From the IMG/VR virus record IMGVR_UViG_2703718855_000002: DNA of 39,413 nt; one strand, written 5' to 3'. The stretch comes from a virus (taxonomy: Duplodnaviria; Heunggongvirae; Uroviricota; Caudoviricetes). Each line of letters starts with the position of its first letter. The first letter of the stretch is position 1. The translations under genes were made by a program, and so were the position numbers. Positions 8,621 to 17,216 of this stretch are shown piece by piece. The notes beneath the pieces were generated by a model that was not told the origin of the DNA, made no database searches, and was given only the letters and a program-made list of their open reading frames with translations.

Positions 8621-8965
8621 ATGAAAAAGCAGTTACAGGCTCTTGGTCGACTCAAGACAGGCCAGATGAACAAAACAGAATCTGCGTACTGCCAGCACCT
8701 GGAGCTGCGCAAGCATGCCGGTGAGGTGGCCTGGTACCGGTTCGAAGGTATCAAGCTGAGACTGGCTGATAACACGTTTTACACGCCGGACTTCGCAGTG
8801 ATGCTCACCACCGGAGAGATGGAATTACACGAGGTGAAAGGTTTCTGGACTGACGACGCCAGGGTGAAAACCAAAGTCGCAGCAGATCAGTATCCGTTCC
8901 GCATCATCGGCGTGACTGTGAAGCCGAAGAAAGCCGGTGGCGGATGGAATGTCGAAGTGTTCTGA
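8621..8965 (+). CDS. DUF1064-like phage protein (possible nuclease fold)
   Basis: 114 aa; pattern YCQHLELRKHAGEV...YTPDFAV...HEVKGFWTDDARVKTKV recalled as DUF1064-like. Confidence 0.45.
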   Translation: MKKQLQALGRLKTGQMNKTESAYCQHLELRKHAGEVAWYRFEGIKLRLADNTFYTPDFAVMLTTGEMELHEVKGFWTDDARVKTKVAADQYPFRIIGVTVKPKKAGGGWNVEVF

Positions 8966-9026
8966 ATCGACGATCCTTTTTGATATCAACGTAATCAATA
9001 ACTTATACGGGTAAGCGGGGGTAAAG

Positions 9027-9476
9027 ATGGAATGCAATGTGAGTGAACTGGTGAAGCGCGGGCATGACCAGGCCGCAGAGCTGAAGGCATCATGCGGCGC
9101 CGTCGATGTGCGCACTGTGGCGCAGCTGATCAGCGATCTGGCTACGCAACTGGATGTGCAACTGACTCGCAGTAATGCTCTGGCTGCGGAGAATGCGTGG
9201 CTGAAAAATGCAATCACCGCAGTAAGCAAAACATCAGAAGAGTGTGAGATTAACGGTGACGAATTGAAATATGTCGTCGAGCCTTCTGAATTTGATGCGT
9301 TGACTGATTTGCTGGACGAAACACCAGCGACCGACGCCTTCCTGGCTGAAGTACGGGCGCAGGGCGTGGAGATGGCTATGGAGCATATGCAGTCGAGCGG
9401 TTCGTTAACATTTGGAGATTGCTACATATCACTTAACGAGTTCGCCGCCCAGCTTCGTAAAGGAGGCAACCAGTGA
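9027..9476 (+). CDS. Hypothetical early protein
   Basis: 149-aa ORF, acidic; stop overlaps next start. Confidence 0.4.
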   Translation: MECNVSELVKRGHDQAAELKASCGAVDVRTVAQLISDLATQLDVQLTRSNALAAENAWLKNAITAVSKTSEECEINGDELKYVVEPSEFDALTDLLDETPATDAFLAEVRAQGVEMAMEHMQSSGSLTFGDCYISLNEFAAQLRKGGNQ

Positions 9477-10246
9477 GCAAGATTAACTATCAGGCACTGC
9501 GTGAAAAGGCAGAGAAAGCAACGTGTGGTGTGTGGTCGCTCGAATATGGAGAGGAGAGACTTGATGCTGGTGATGCACTAATTCATCGTGAAGTTGTTGG
9601 ATATCTTCCCATTTGCAGAATTGAAGGAGCGCATCCTGAAAGCGGTTTCGATGAAGATTTCCAAATGGAACAGCAGGCCAATGCTGAATTCATCGCCGCA
9701 GCCAGTCCAGTTACCGTGCTGGCATTGTTGGATGAACGGGAAAGAAACCAGCAATACATCAAATCACGCGACCAGGAGAACGAGGAGATTGCGCTTACGG
9801 TTGGGAAGCTGCGTGTTGAGCTTGAAGCAGCAGAGAACAACCTTATTGATAGTGAATGCCATGTTGCTGAACTGGAAGAAGCTCTACGCGATAAGCAGGC
9901 GTTACTTGAAGCCTCAGAAAAGCGCAACGCAAAATTACAAAGCGAGAATGCATACATCCGCAACCGGTACAAAGAACTGGACCTATTAATCGGGAAAAAC
10001 ATTCTGGTCATGCAGGCTGCCATTATCGAATGGCAGGCAACTGGCGACGCTAAGAGCGGACTAGCATGGATTTATAACACACTGTTTGGCCCTGGCGAAT
10101 TACCGGACGAATCTGAGAAAGATGCTCAGGCCTACTTTAATCGCAAATATGCACCGATTGACGAAAAGCTTATGGCGCTTCACAAGTGGTTTTGGGAACA
10201 AAGTGAAGCCGAGCGCGCCGCTGGCATTCGCATCAAAGGAGAGTGA
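9473..10246 (+). CDS. Ead/Ea22-like coiled-coil protein
   Basis: 257 aa; N-terminal KINYQALREKAEKATCGVW and central coiled coil; family assignment tentative. Confidence 0.45.
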   Translation: MSKINYQALREKAEKATCGVWSLEYGEERLDAGDALIHREVVGYLPICRIEGAHPESGFDEDFQMEQQANAEFIAAASPVTVLALLDERERNQQYIKSRDQENEEIALTVGKLRVELEAAENNLIDSECHVAELEEALRDKQALLEASEKRNAKLQSENAYIRNRYKELDLLIGKNILVMQAAIIEWQATGDAKSGLAWIYNTLFGPGELPDESEKDAQAYFNRKYAPIDEKLMALHKWFWEQSEAERAAGIRIKGE

Positions 10247-10247
10247 G

Positions 10248-10439
10248 ATGAACGGACAAATCTCAATTGTTCGACCGGGAGCATGTGACGATTGCGAGAT
10301 ACGAATGATTATTCGTCTGGCGAGGGGGAAAACAATAACTGCTCTCATTACTCCAGAAAATCTCGCATTAGCATTAACCGGAAAGTCAGACCTGCCAGTA
10401 GAGCTAAAGCTGCGAAATGTTGAGATTAAGGTGAAATAG
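10248..10439 (+). CDS. Hypothetical small protein
   Basis: ATG 10248 preceded by AAAGGAGAG; 63 aa. Confidence 0.4.
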   Translation: MNGQISIVRPGACDDCEIRMIIRLARGKTITALITPENLALALTGKSDLPVELKLRNVEIKVK

Positions 10440-10441
10440 CT

Positions 10442-10987
10442 ATGACCACTATTACCAAAGAGCGACTGCTGACAATCAAGCAGTGGCGCGAAACATACGG
10501 ACCGGGTAGCAACGTTGTACTGCCAGCAGAAGAAGCGGAAGAACTGGCACGAATTGCTCTGGCATCGCTGGAAGTCGAGCCTGTAAGCCAAACTTACAAC
10601 TTGCCAGAATTAATCGAGGGCATGGAAGTTTCCATTGATGTAAGCACTTGTGATGCTGATTTAGGTAATCGCTATTTCGGCACCGTCACCGAGGCGTTAG
10701 AACTTGATACTGCCAAGAATGGTTACATCCTCCTGGTTCAGGACGCAGAGCCAAACTTCGATGTAAATGGCAACTCTCCGGGAACTCCGGATAGTTGGAT
10801 AAGCTGTAGTGAGCGAATGCCGAAAGGGTATGCTGATGTGTTAGTGACCGACGGCGAGCATGTCGAGGTTAAATGGTGGGATGAATCTGGGTATTGGAAT
10901 AGTTGGACGGAACTTAGCTCAGATATCCTTGCCCATGAAATAACTCACTGGATGCCGCTACCGGAGCCGCCGCAGGAGGCGAAATGA
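10442..10987 (+). CDS. DUF551-like phage protein
   Basis: C-terminal ...WISCSERMP...HEITHWMPLPEPP typical of DUF551 as recalled. Confidence 0.5.
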   Translation: MTTITKERLLTIKQWRETYGPGSNVVLPAEEAEELARIALASLEVEPVSQTYNLPELIEGMEVSIDVSTCDADLGNRYFGTVTEALELDTAKNGYILLVQDAEPNFDVNGNSPGTPDSWISCSERMPKGYADVLVTDGEHVEVKWWDESGYWNSWTELSSDILAHEITHWMPLPEPPQEAK

Positions 10988-11337
10988 TGGACTATTCACA
11001 GTTAAGTGATTTTGAAATTAACAGAATGGTAGGAGACATAATTTTTAAAGGCCTTTGGGCATGTAAACCGGAAACATCAGGGAATAACACCAACAAATGG
11101 TATTACGGAAATGCTGATACAACTTTTGAGCCATTAAACCCTTTACCTGACTACTGCAATAATCCATCGGATGCATGGCCTATTATTGTTGATAATAAAA
11201 TCAGTCTAACCTGCCACCAATCTCGCGGTGAGTGGTCAGCTGTTTTTAATGCCGAGAACATTTGCTTTCATGCGAATAATCCACTCCGAGCCGCCATGAT
11301 TGTATTTCTCATGATGCAGGAAAATCAGAATGGCTAA
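10984..11337 (+). CDS. Hypothetical protein
   Basis: 117-aa ORF with overlapping start/stop on both sides. Confidence 0.4.
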   Translation: MMDYSQLSDFEINRMVGDIIFKGLWACKPETSGNNTNKWYYGNADTTFEPLNPLPDYCNNPSDAWPIIVDNKISLTCHQSRGEWSAVFNAENICFHANNPLRAAMIVFLMMQENQNG

Positions 11338-11668
11338 ATCAGCAGCAGAGCGCAAAGCCGCTCAGAGAGCCAGACAAGCTGCATCTGGTGTGCGTAAGCT
11401 GGAGATTGTGCTTGATGCTCAGGAAATTGAAATGCTGGAGCGTAACTGTGCCACGCGTCGCCCCGGGCGTGCGCCTTACGAATTTGGTGAGTATATAGCG
11501 TTACTGATCCGCCAGGATGATGCACGCGTGCACGGGCGTATAAAATCGATCAGCAGAAAACGTTGCGGTAAGTGCGGCGAGAGAGTTCCTGTGAATTCAT
11601 GCCCGTGTAATGGCGACTCGCAATGCTGGGTGACTAAAGGCTGGCATGAAACGAAATTAATAGTGTGA
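11330..11668 (+). CDS. Hypothetical protein with Cys-rich C-terminus; candidate late regulator by position
   Basis: 112 aa; CGKCGERVPVNSCPCNGDSQCW; last gene before the terminator/terminase junction. Confidence 0.4.
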   Translation: MAKSAAERKAAQRARQAASGVRKLEIVLDAQEIEMLERNCATRRPGRAPYEFGEYIALLIRQDDARVHGRIKSISRKRCGKCGERVPVNSCPCNGDSQCWVTKGWHETKLIV

Positions 11669-11676
11669 CATGTCAC
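11665..11676. repeat. 12-bp perfect palindrome GTGACATGTCAC (copy 1)
   Basis: Overlaps stop codon of 11330..11668; 42 bp upstream of terminator hairpin. Confidence 0.6.
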
Positions 11677-11717
11677 GAGTAGATTATGCATGATGAATTT
11701 GATGGGTTTTGAATACT

Positions 11718-11744
11718 GCCGCCAACTATGGCGGCTTTATTTTG
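11718..11744 (+). terminator. Rho-independent terminator immediately upstream of terminase genes
   Basis: GCCGCCA-ACTA-TGGCGGC hairpin followed by TTTATTTTG. Confidence 0.6.
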
Positions 11745-11754
11745 CATGGTACTA

Positions 11755-11769
11755 TTACCACAACGGTAA
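11755..11769. promoter_or_regulatory. Operator-like palindrome TTACCACAACGGTAA
   Basis: Perfect site between terminator and terminase small subunit start. Confidence 0.5.
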
Positions 11770-11772
11770 CTA

Positions 11773-11787
11773 TTACCACGGTGGTTA
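11773..11787. promoter_or_regulatory. Operator-like palindrome, imperfect (TTACCACGGTGGTTA)
   Basis: One mismatch; overlaps terminase small subunit RBS/start. Confidence 0.3.
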
Positions 11788-12383
11788 TGATGCCTGCTGA
11801 ACCTAAAACCTATAAACGCAAATCAACGCAATTTAAGCCACTAACAGCAATGCAGGAGGCTTATTGCCAGTCATACATCAAAACGCCTGAAAACCAGACT
11901 CAGGCAGCGATTAACGCAGGATTCTCCCCAAATACAGCGGCAGTTAAAGCCAGTGTCATGATGCGCGATGAACGCATTCAAAAACGGATTGCCGAGTTGA
12001 TGGAGGAGCGCAACAAACGAATGCGCGTCAGTGCTGATTACGTTCTCATGCGCCTGGTGGAGATCGACCAGATGGACGTGATCGACATCCTCAACGACGA
12101 TGGGAGCCTTAAACCAATCCGTGAGTGGCCGAAAATCTGGCGCACTACGCTTAGTGGCTTTGATCTGTCATCGACCATCATGAACATGAACGAGGATTCG
12201 ATAGAGACAATCCTCAAAAAAATTAAATGGCCTGACAAGGTGAAGAACCTTGAGCTGATTGGTAAGCATGTTGATGTCAACGCGTTCAAAGAACGTCTGG
12301 ATGTTAATGTGAATGTGACAATTGCTGATCGCATAGCAGCAGCCAGGAAGCGACTCAAAGAACGTCAGGATGGTAATCAGTGA
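11787..12383 (+). CDS. Terminase small subunit
   Basis: Start ATG 11787 (MMPAEPKTYKRK), downstream of terminator; the track TTG start at 11709 lies inside the terminator; precedes large subunit with overlapping stop/start. Confidence 0.7.
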   Translation: MMPAEPKTYKRKSTQFKPLTAMQEAYCQSYIKTPENQTQAAINAGFSPNTAAVKASVMMRDERIQKRIAELMEERNKRMRVSADYVLMRLVEIDQMDVIDILNDDGSLKPIREWPKIWRTTLSGFDLSSTIMNMNEDSIETILKKIKWPDKVKNLELIGKHVDVNAFKERLDVNVNVTIADRIAAARKRLKERQDGNQ

Positions 12384-13855
12384 CAGATACAGAGTTATCT
12401 CCTGAAGAGCAGTTGATCGAGGATATTGCAGGGTTCACTCACGATCCGCTTGGCTATGCCCTCTATGCGTTCCCGTGGGGGGAAGAGGGGACTGAACTGG
12501 CACATGCCACCGGCCCACGTCAGTGGCAGGCTGATGCGTTCCGAGAGATACGTGATCACCTGCAGAATCCAGAGACGCGCTATCAGCCGCTTATGCTGGC
12601 ACGCGCTTCTGGTCACGGTATTGGTAAATCCGCATTCATCTCAATGCTGATCAACTGGGGCATGTCCACTTGCGAGGATTGTAAGGTCGTGGTGACCGCC
12701 AACACCGACAACCAGCTACGAACGAAGACCTGGCCGGAAATTATCAAGTGGTCGAACCTTGCTATCACGAAAGAGTGGTTTACCTGTACCGCTACCGCGA
12801 TGTACAGCAATGACCCTGGGCACGACAAGCGGTGGCGAGCTGACGCAATCCCCTGGTCTGAGCACAACACTGAGGCATTCGCCGGACTACACAACGAGCG
12901 AAAACGCATCATCGTGGTATTCGATGAAGCGTCGAACATTGCGGATCTGGTGTGGGAAGTTGCTGAGGGTGCGCTTACGGACGAAGACACTGAGATTATC
13001 TGGGTGGCGTTCGGAAACCCTACACGTAACACCGGACGTTTCCGCGAATGTTTCCGCAAATATAAACACCGCTGGAAAACTGCGCAGATTGACAGCCGAA
13101 CGGTGGAAGGCACTAACAAACAGCAGTTGCAGAAATGGGTTGATGACTACGGGGAAGACAGCGACTTCGTTAAAATCCGTGTGCGCGGCATATTCCCTGA
13201 TGCATCTGAATTGCAGTTTATCCCTACCGGTCTTACTGATGAGGCAATGAAACGGGTGGTAACCGCTGCGCAGGTGGCGCATGCTCCGGTGATAATCGGT
13301 GTTGACCCGGCATATTCAGGCGTTGATGACGCGGTGATATACCTGCGGCAGGGGCTACACAGTAAGGTGCTGTGGACTGGCAACAAGACTACCGACGATC
13401 TGATTATGGCGAAGCGTATCGCTGACTTTGAAGACCAGTATCAGGCTGACGCGGTGTTCATCGACTTCGGTTACGGAACCGGTCTGAAGTCAATCGGTGA
13501 CGGATGGGGTCGTACATGGCAACTTGTTCCGTTCGGTGGCGCGTCTACTGACCCGCAGATGCTCAACAAGCGTGGGGAGATGTTCAATTCATGCAAGACA
13601 TGGCTGAGGCTGGGCGGCATGCTGGATGACCAGGAAACAGCAGACGACCTGTCGGCGGCAGAGTACAAAGTTCGAGTGGATGGTAAAATCGTTATCGAAC
13701 CGAAGGAAGATATCAAGGAGCGGCTTGGGCGTTCGCCGGGTAAAGGCGATGCGCTACTGCTGACGTTTGCGTTCCCTGTGTCTAAGCGTCTGCGAATTCC
13801 CGGGCAGCAGAACCAGCAAGGCAAGGCCATCACAGATTACGATCCCTATGCTTAA
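12380..13855 (+). CDS. Terminase large subunit
   Basis: 491 aa; Walker A-like GHGIGKS; GTG start overlapping small subunit stop. Confidence 0.85.
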   Translation: MTDTELSPEEQLIEDIAGFTHDPLGYALYAFPWGEEGTELAHATGPRQWQADAFREIRDHLQNPETRYQPLMLARASGHGIGKSAFISMLINWGMSTCEDCKVVVTANTDNQLRTKTWPEIIKWSNLAITKEWFTCTATAMYSNDPGHDKRWRADAIPWSEHNTEAFAGLHNERKRIIVVFDEASNIADLVWEVAEGALTDEDTEIIWVAFGNPTRNTGRFRECFRKYKHRWKTAQIDSRTVEGTNKQQLQKWVDDYGEDSDFVKIRVRGIFPDASELQFIPTGLTDEAMKRVVTAAQVAHAPVIIGVDPAYSGVDDAVIYLRQGLHSKVLWTGNKTTDDLIMAKRIADFEDQYQADAVFIDFGYGTGLKSIGDGWGRTWQLVPFGGASTDPQMLNKRGEMFNSCKTWLRLGGMLDDQETADDLSAAEYKVRVDGKIVIEPKEDIKERLGRSPGKGDALLLTFAFPVSKRLRIPGQQNQQGKAITDYDPYA

Positions 13856-13897
13856 TCCGCTGGTTGGGATAATGTCGTTGATATCCTCTGATGAGGA

Positions 13898-13925
13898 TAA
13901 AACAAAGCCAGCTCATCGGCTGGCT
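13898..13925 (-). terminator. Rho-independent terminator after reverse-oriented gene 13946..14317
   Basis: Minus-strand hairpin AGCCAGC-CGATGA-GCTGGCT followed by TTTGTTTTAT. Confidence 0.5.
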
Positions 13926-13929
13926 GTTT

Positions 13930-13941
13930 GTGACATGTCAC
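13930..13941. repeat. 12-bp perfect palindrome GTGACATGTCAC (copy 2)
   Basis: Lies between stop of 13946..14317 (minus) and its terminator hairpin. Confidence 0.6.
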
Positions 13942-13945
13942 GGTG

Positions 13946-14317
13946 TTATTGCTCGCTTAGCTTCTGCTTCAGCAAGTAACCTTCGAGCATCCAGATTTTG
14001 TTTACAGCATTCTGCCGGGCAATCTTCCGACCAATTTCTGCATCAAAGTTTTCCGGGCTTGCACAGGCGCTCTCTCCGGTGACGGTGAAGCCGTTGCGCA
14101 GCACCAGGACGCAGAACGTCAGCAGAGAAAGTGATTCGTGCGGCTGGTAGTTTACCTCTCCGCCAGTATGTTTCGCTTTTATGGCTTTGCCAAAGGCACC
14201 ATCTTCTGCTGTGAAATATGCCTCCTGAGCAATAATGCCTTCGATATGGTCTGGCGTAACGCGCGGTGCCGTTTTGCCTTTCTCAACGATTTCTTTTTCG
14301 ATTTGCTGGTCGTTCAT
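13946..14317 (-). CDS. Hypothetical protein (reverse-oriented accessory gene next to tRNA)
   Basis: 123-aa ORF with SD AAGGTGAG 6 nt upstream of ATG 14317. Confidence 0.5.
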   Translation of the reverse strand: MNDQQIEKEIVEKGKTAPRVTPDHIEGIIAQEAYFTAEDGAFGKAIKAKHTGGEVNYQPHESLSLLTFCVLVLRNGFTVTGESACASPENFDAEIGRKIARQNAVNKIWMLEGYLLKQKLSEQ

Positions 14318-14328
14318 AATCTCACCTT

Positions 14329-14353
14329 AAAAAAAATGCCCGGCGAACCGGGC
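14329..14353 (-). terminator. Rho-independent terminator downstream of tRNA-Arg
   Basis: Minus-strand hairpin GCCCGG-TTCG-CCGGGC followed by T-run. Confidence 0.55.
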
Positions 14354-14516
14354 GAACTGGAAGCAATGAGTTATGCCTTCCGTGGCTGTACTGGTTTACA
14401 GCATGAAGTCATCGCAATGGCGTCCTGCTGTAAAAAGGGCGGTGGTAGTCCTTCAAGGGAAACCATCACCGCCAAGCCCCTGGAACTTCTGGCATCACGG
14501 TCCTTAGGCGTGATTC

Positions 14517-14592
14517 TGGCGTGGCATGCAGGATTCGAACCTGCGACCAACCGCTTAGAAGGCGGTTGCTCTGTCCAACTGAGCTAATGCCA
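14517..14592 (-). tRNA. tRNA-Arg (anticodon UCU)
   Basis: Reverse complement folds as cloverleaf: 7-bp acceptor stem GTGGCAT/ATGCCAC, anticodon loop CUUCUAA, T-arm GGTTCGAATCC, discriminator G, encoded CCA. Confidence 0.85.
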
Positions 14593-14915
14593 CAACGCTG
14601 AGAGCACTTAGCCTGTTAAGGCGCCACATTTTGTCGCGGCTCCATAAATGCTCTCATCGTTGTACCCTCGTCTCTTCCGAGGCGTCACACCGAATCGCCG
14701 GGATGGTGAATCCCCGTGCGCGGAATAAAACCGCTCGACTTGCACATTCCGGCTACCTGGTTCGTTTGCCCGAGCAAGGGAGGGTGCCCCTTAAACGTAT
14801 CCAGACCGCTATCGGCGCATGTGCCATACGCCGTACTGCTCAAAATAAAAGCTCACTCCACCTGTTCAATTTAACGACAAGCCAGTCAGGTTAATAACCG
14901 GAATGAACTCTTTGG

Positions 14916-14930
14916 TTACCTGAAAGGTAA
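14916..14930. promoter_or_regulatory. Operator-like palindrome TTACCTGAAAGGTAA (upstream of structural operon)
   Basis: Perfect TTACC-N5-GGTAA. Confidence 0.5.
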
Positions 14931-14968
14931 TAATTTGTGCGTTAAATGTCAACTATCTACGATAAATA

Positions 14969-14995
14969 AATCATATGTGGTTAAATTGGTAATAA
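14969..14995 (+). promoter_or_regulatory. Candidate late promoter: AATCATATGTGGTT - 7 nt - TAATAA
   Basis: 14-bp near-palindrome then 7-nt spacer then -10-like hexamer; same architecture at 33613 and 36253. Confidence 0.45.
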
Positions 14996-15020
14996 TTTAA
15001 TTGCGTACGGAGTCATTGAT

Positions 15021-15227
15021 ATGTGCATGGGTAGCTCACCGTCAGTGCCTGCAACACCAGAAGTTCAGGCAGCACCACAGGAGCAGGATGCCGCCGTTGT
15101 TGATGCCCGCGACGAAGAAACTCGTCGCCGTCGCGCTGCTGCTGGTCGTAGTTCTACGCTGCTTACCGGTTCTCAGGGCGACACATCAACCGCTAATACC
15201 AGCGGTAAAACGCTGCTTGGTCAGTAA
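15021..15227 (+). CDS. Hypothetical small low-complexity protein
   Basis: 68 aa; translation context CGGAGTCATTGA-N-ATG identical to that of the portal gene. Confidence 0.35.
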   Translation: MCMGSSPSVPATPEVQAAPQEQDAAVVDARDEETRRRRAAAGRSSTLLTGSQGDTSTANTSGKTLLGQ

Positions 15228-15241
15228 CCGGAGTCATTGAA

Positions 15242-16921
15242 ATGGCGGAAACAACTAAAGAGCGATTGAACAAACAGTTCGCACAACTTGAAAGCGAGCG
15301 TCAGTCGTTCGAGCCGCACTGGCGCGAGTTGAGTGATTACATTAACCCGCGTGGTTCCCGCTTTCTGACTTCTGAGGTCAACCGTAACGATCGACGCAAT
15401 ACACGTATTATTGATTCGACCGGGACTATGGCGGCGCGCACTCTCGCCAGCGGCATGATGTCAGGCATCACAAGCCCCGCCCGTCCGTGGTTTCGCCTGG
15501 CTACGCCAGATCCTGAAATGATGGATTATGGCCCTGTTAAGTTGTGGCTTGAGGCGGTGCAGAACCGCATGAACGATATGTTCAATAAGTCGAATCTCTA
15601 TCAGTCGCTGCCGCAGTTATACGGAAGCCTCGGCACATACAGCACTGGTGCAATGGCAGTGCTGGAGGATGACGAGGACATCATTCGCACAATGCCATTC
15701 CCGATAGGCAGTTACTACCTGGCTAACTCACCTCGTGGCAGTGTGGACACCTGTTTTCGCAAGTTCTCTATGACTGTTCGTCAGCTTGTTCAGGAGTTCG
15801 GGCTAAATAACGTCAGCGAATCCGTAAAAAGCATGTGGGAAAGCGGCACCTACGAGAAGTGGATTGAAGTGATGCATTCGGTTTACCCGAACATTGACCG
15901 CGATACATCGAAGCTGGATAGCAAGAACAAGCCATTCAAATCGGTTTATTACGAGGTTGGTGGCGATAACGACAAGTTGTTGCGTGAGTCCGGATTCGAT
16001 GAGTTTCCAATTATGGCTCCGCGCTGGGAAGTTAACGGCGAAGATGTTTATGGATCATCATGCCCGGGTATGCTGGCGCTTGGACCTGTTAAGGCATTGC
16101 AGCTTCTCCAGAAGCGCAAGTCGCAGTTGATTGATAAAGCCACCAATCCGCCGATGGTTGCTCCGACTTCCCTCAAGAATCAGCGCGCCTCCCTTCTTCC
16201 TGGCGACATCACGTATATCGATCAGATTACTGGTCAGGATGGCTTCAGGCCTGCTTATCTGGTTAACCCCAGTACAGCAGATTTGGTGGCAGACATTCAG
16301 GACACTCGTCAAATCATTAACAGCGCCTACTTTGTCGATCTGTTCATGATGTTGCAGAACATCAATACCCGCTCGATGCCTGTTGAAGCGGTGATCGAAA
16401 TGAAAGAAGAAAAACTTCTGATGTTGGGGCCGGTTCTGGAGCGTCTGAACGACGAATGTCTTAATCCTCTCATTGACCGCGCTTTCTCGATGATGGTGCG
16501 TAAAAACATGCTGCCGCCACCGCCTGACGCGATGGAAGGTATGCCCCTGAATGTCGAATACATTTCCGTCATGGCTCAGGCGCAGAAGTCTATCGGCCTG
16601 TCCAGTCTAGCGTCTACGGTCAACTTCATTGGTCAACTTGCGCAAGCGAAACCAGAAGCTCTCGACAAACTCAACGTTGATCAGGCGATCGATGCATTCG
16701 CTGATATGTCCGGAGTGTCTCCAACCGTCATTGTTCCGCAGGAACAGGTTGAGCAGGCTCGCCAGCAACGGGCACAGCAACAACAGCAGCAACAAATGAT
16801 GGCGATGGGGATGGCGGCGGCACAGGGTGCCAAGACGCTAAGCGAAGCTAAAACTTCGGATCCGAGTGTTTTGTCAGCTATGGCGAATGCAGTTAGTGGT
16901 CAGGGTGGGCAATCACAATGA
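15242..16921 (+). CDS. Portal protein (T7 gp8-like head-to-tail connector)
   Basis: 559 aa; resembles T7 gp8 as recalled, including Q-rich C-terminus QQRAQQQQQQQMMAMGMAAAQGA. Confidence 0.8.
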   Translation: MAETTKERLNKQFAQLESERQSFEPHWRELSDYINPRGSRFLTSEVNRNDRRNTRIIDSTGTMAARTLASGMMSGITSPARPWFRLATPDPEMMDYGPVKLWLEAVQNRMNDMFNKSNLYQSLPQLYGSLGTYSTGAMAVLEDDEDIIRTMPFPIGSYYLANSPRGSVDTCFRKFSMTVRQLVQEFGLNNVSESVKSMWESGTYEKWIEVMHSVYPNIDRDTSKLDSKNKPFKSVYYEVGGDNDKLLRESGFDEFPIMAPRWEVNGEDVYGSSCPGMLALGPVKALQLLQKRKSQLIDKATNPPMVAPTSLKNQRASLLPGDITYIDQITGQDGFRPAYLVNPSTADLVADIQDTRQIINSAYFVDLFMMLQNINTRSMPVEAVIEMKEEKLLMLGPVLERLNDECLNPLIDRAFSMMVRKNMLPPPPDAMEGMPLNVEYISVMAQAQKSIGLSSLASTVNFIGQLAQAKPEALDKLNVDQAIDAFADMSGVSPTVIVPQEQVEQARQQRAQQQQQQQMMAMGMAAAQGAKTLSEAKTSDPSVLSAMANAVSGQGGQSQ

Positions 16922-17214
16922 CAGATTACGAAGACGATCAACTGAAAGAAGAAAACGCCCGTAAGCAACGTGACATGGCACAGCGTGAAATTGATGACAT
17001 TCGCTTTGTCATGAGCAGTGAACAGGGGCGTCGCGTTGTCTGGTCTGTGCTGGAGAAAGGCCGGGTGTTTTCCGCTATCTCTCCGATGGATGCTATGGCA
17101 ATGGCATTTAATGAGGGGCAACGCAATCTGGCGCTGGAACTGTTTCAGCGCGTTATGGCGCATTGCCCTGAACAGTATTTGAAGATGGCCAAAGAGGCCA
17201 GTGAACAGGAGTGA
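16918..17214 (+). CDS. Hypothetical head-module protein
   Basis: 98 aa; ATGA overlap with portal stop. Confidence 0.5.
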   Translation: MTDYEDDQLKEENARKQRDMAQREIDDIRFVMSSEQGRRVVWSVLEKGRVFSAISPMDAMAMAFNEGQRNLALELFQRVMAHCPEQYLKMAKEASEQE

Positions 17215-17216
17215 TC

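Noticed and set aside
11664-11677. GTGACATGTCAC as a CRP site
   Set aside because: CRP consensus is TGTGA-N6-TCACA; here the half-sites are separated by only 2 bp, so geometry does not fit.
11709-11786. TTG start for terminase small subunit given by the ORF track
   Set aside because: This stretch contains an intrinsic terminator hairpin and two operator-like sites; the ATG at 11787 with SD GGTGG is the more plausible start.
14631-14894. 87-aa plus-strand ORF in the spacer after the tRNA
   Set aside because: No ribosome-binding site and Arg/Ser/His-rich implausible product; the region is better treated as non-coding.
14593-14915. Second tRNA or tmRNA fragment marking an internal att site
   Set aside because: No cloverleaf-compatible acceptor/T-arm pattern and no copy of the tRNA-Arg 3' end found by eye.
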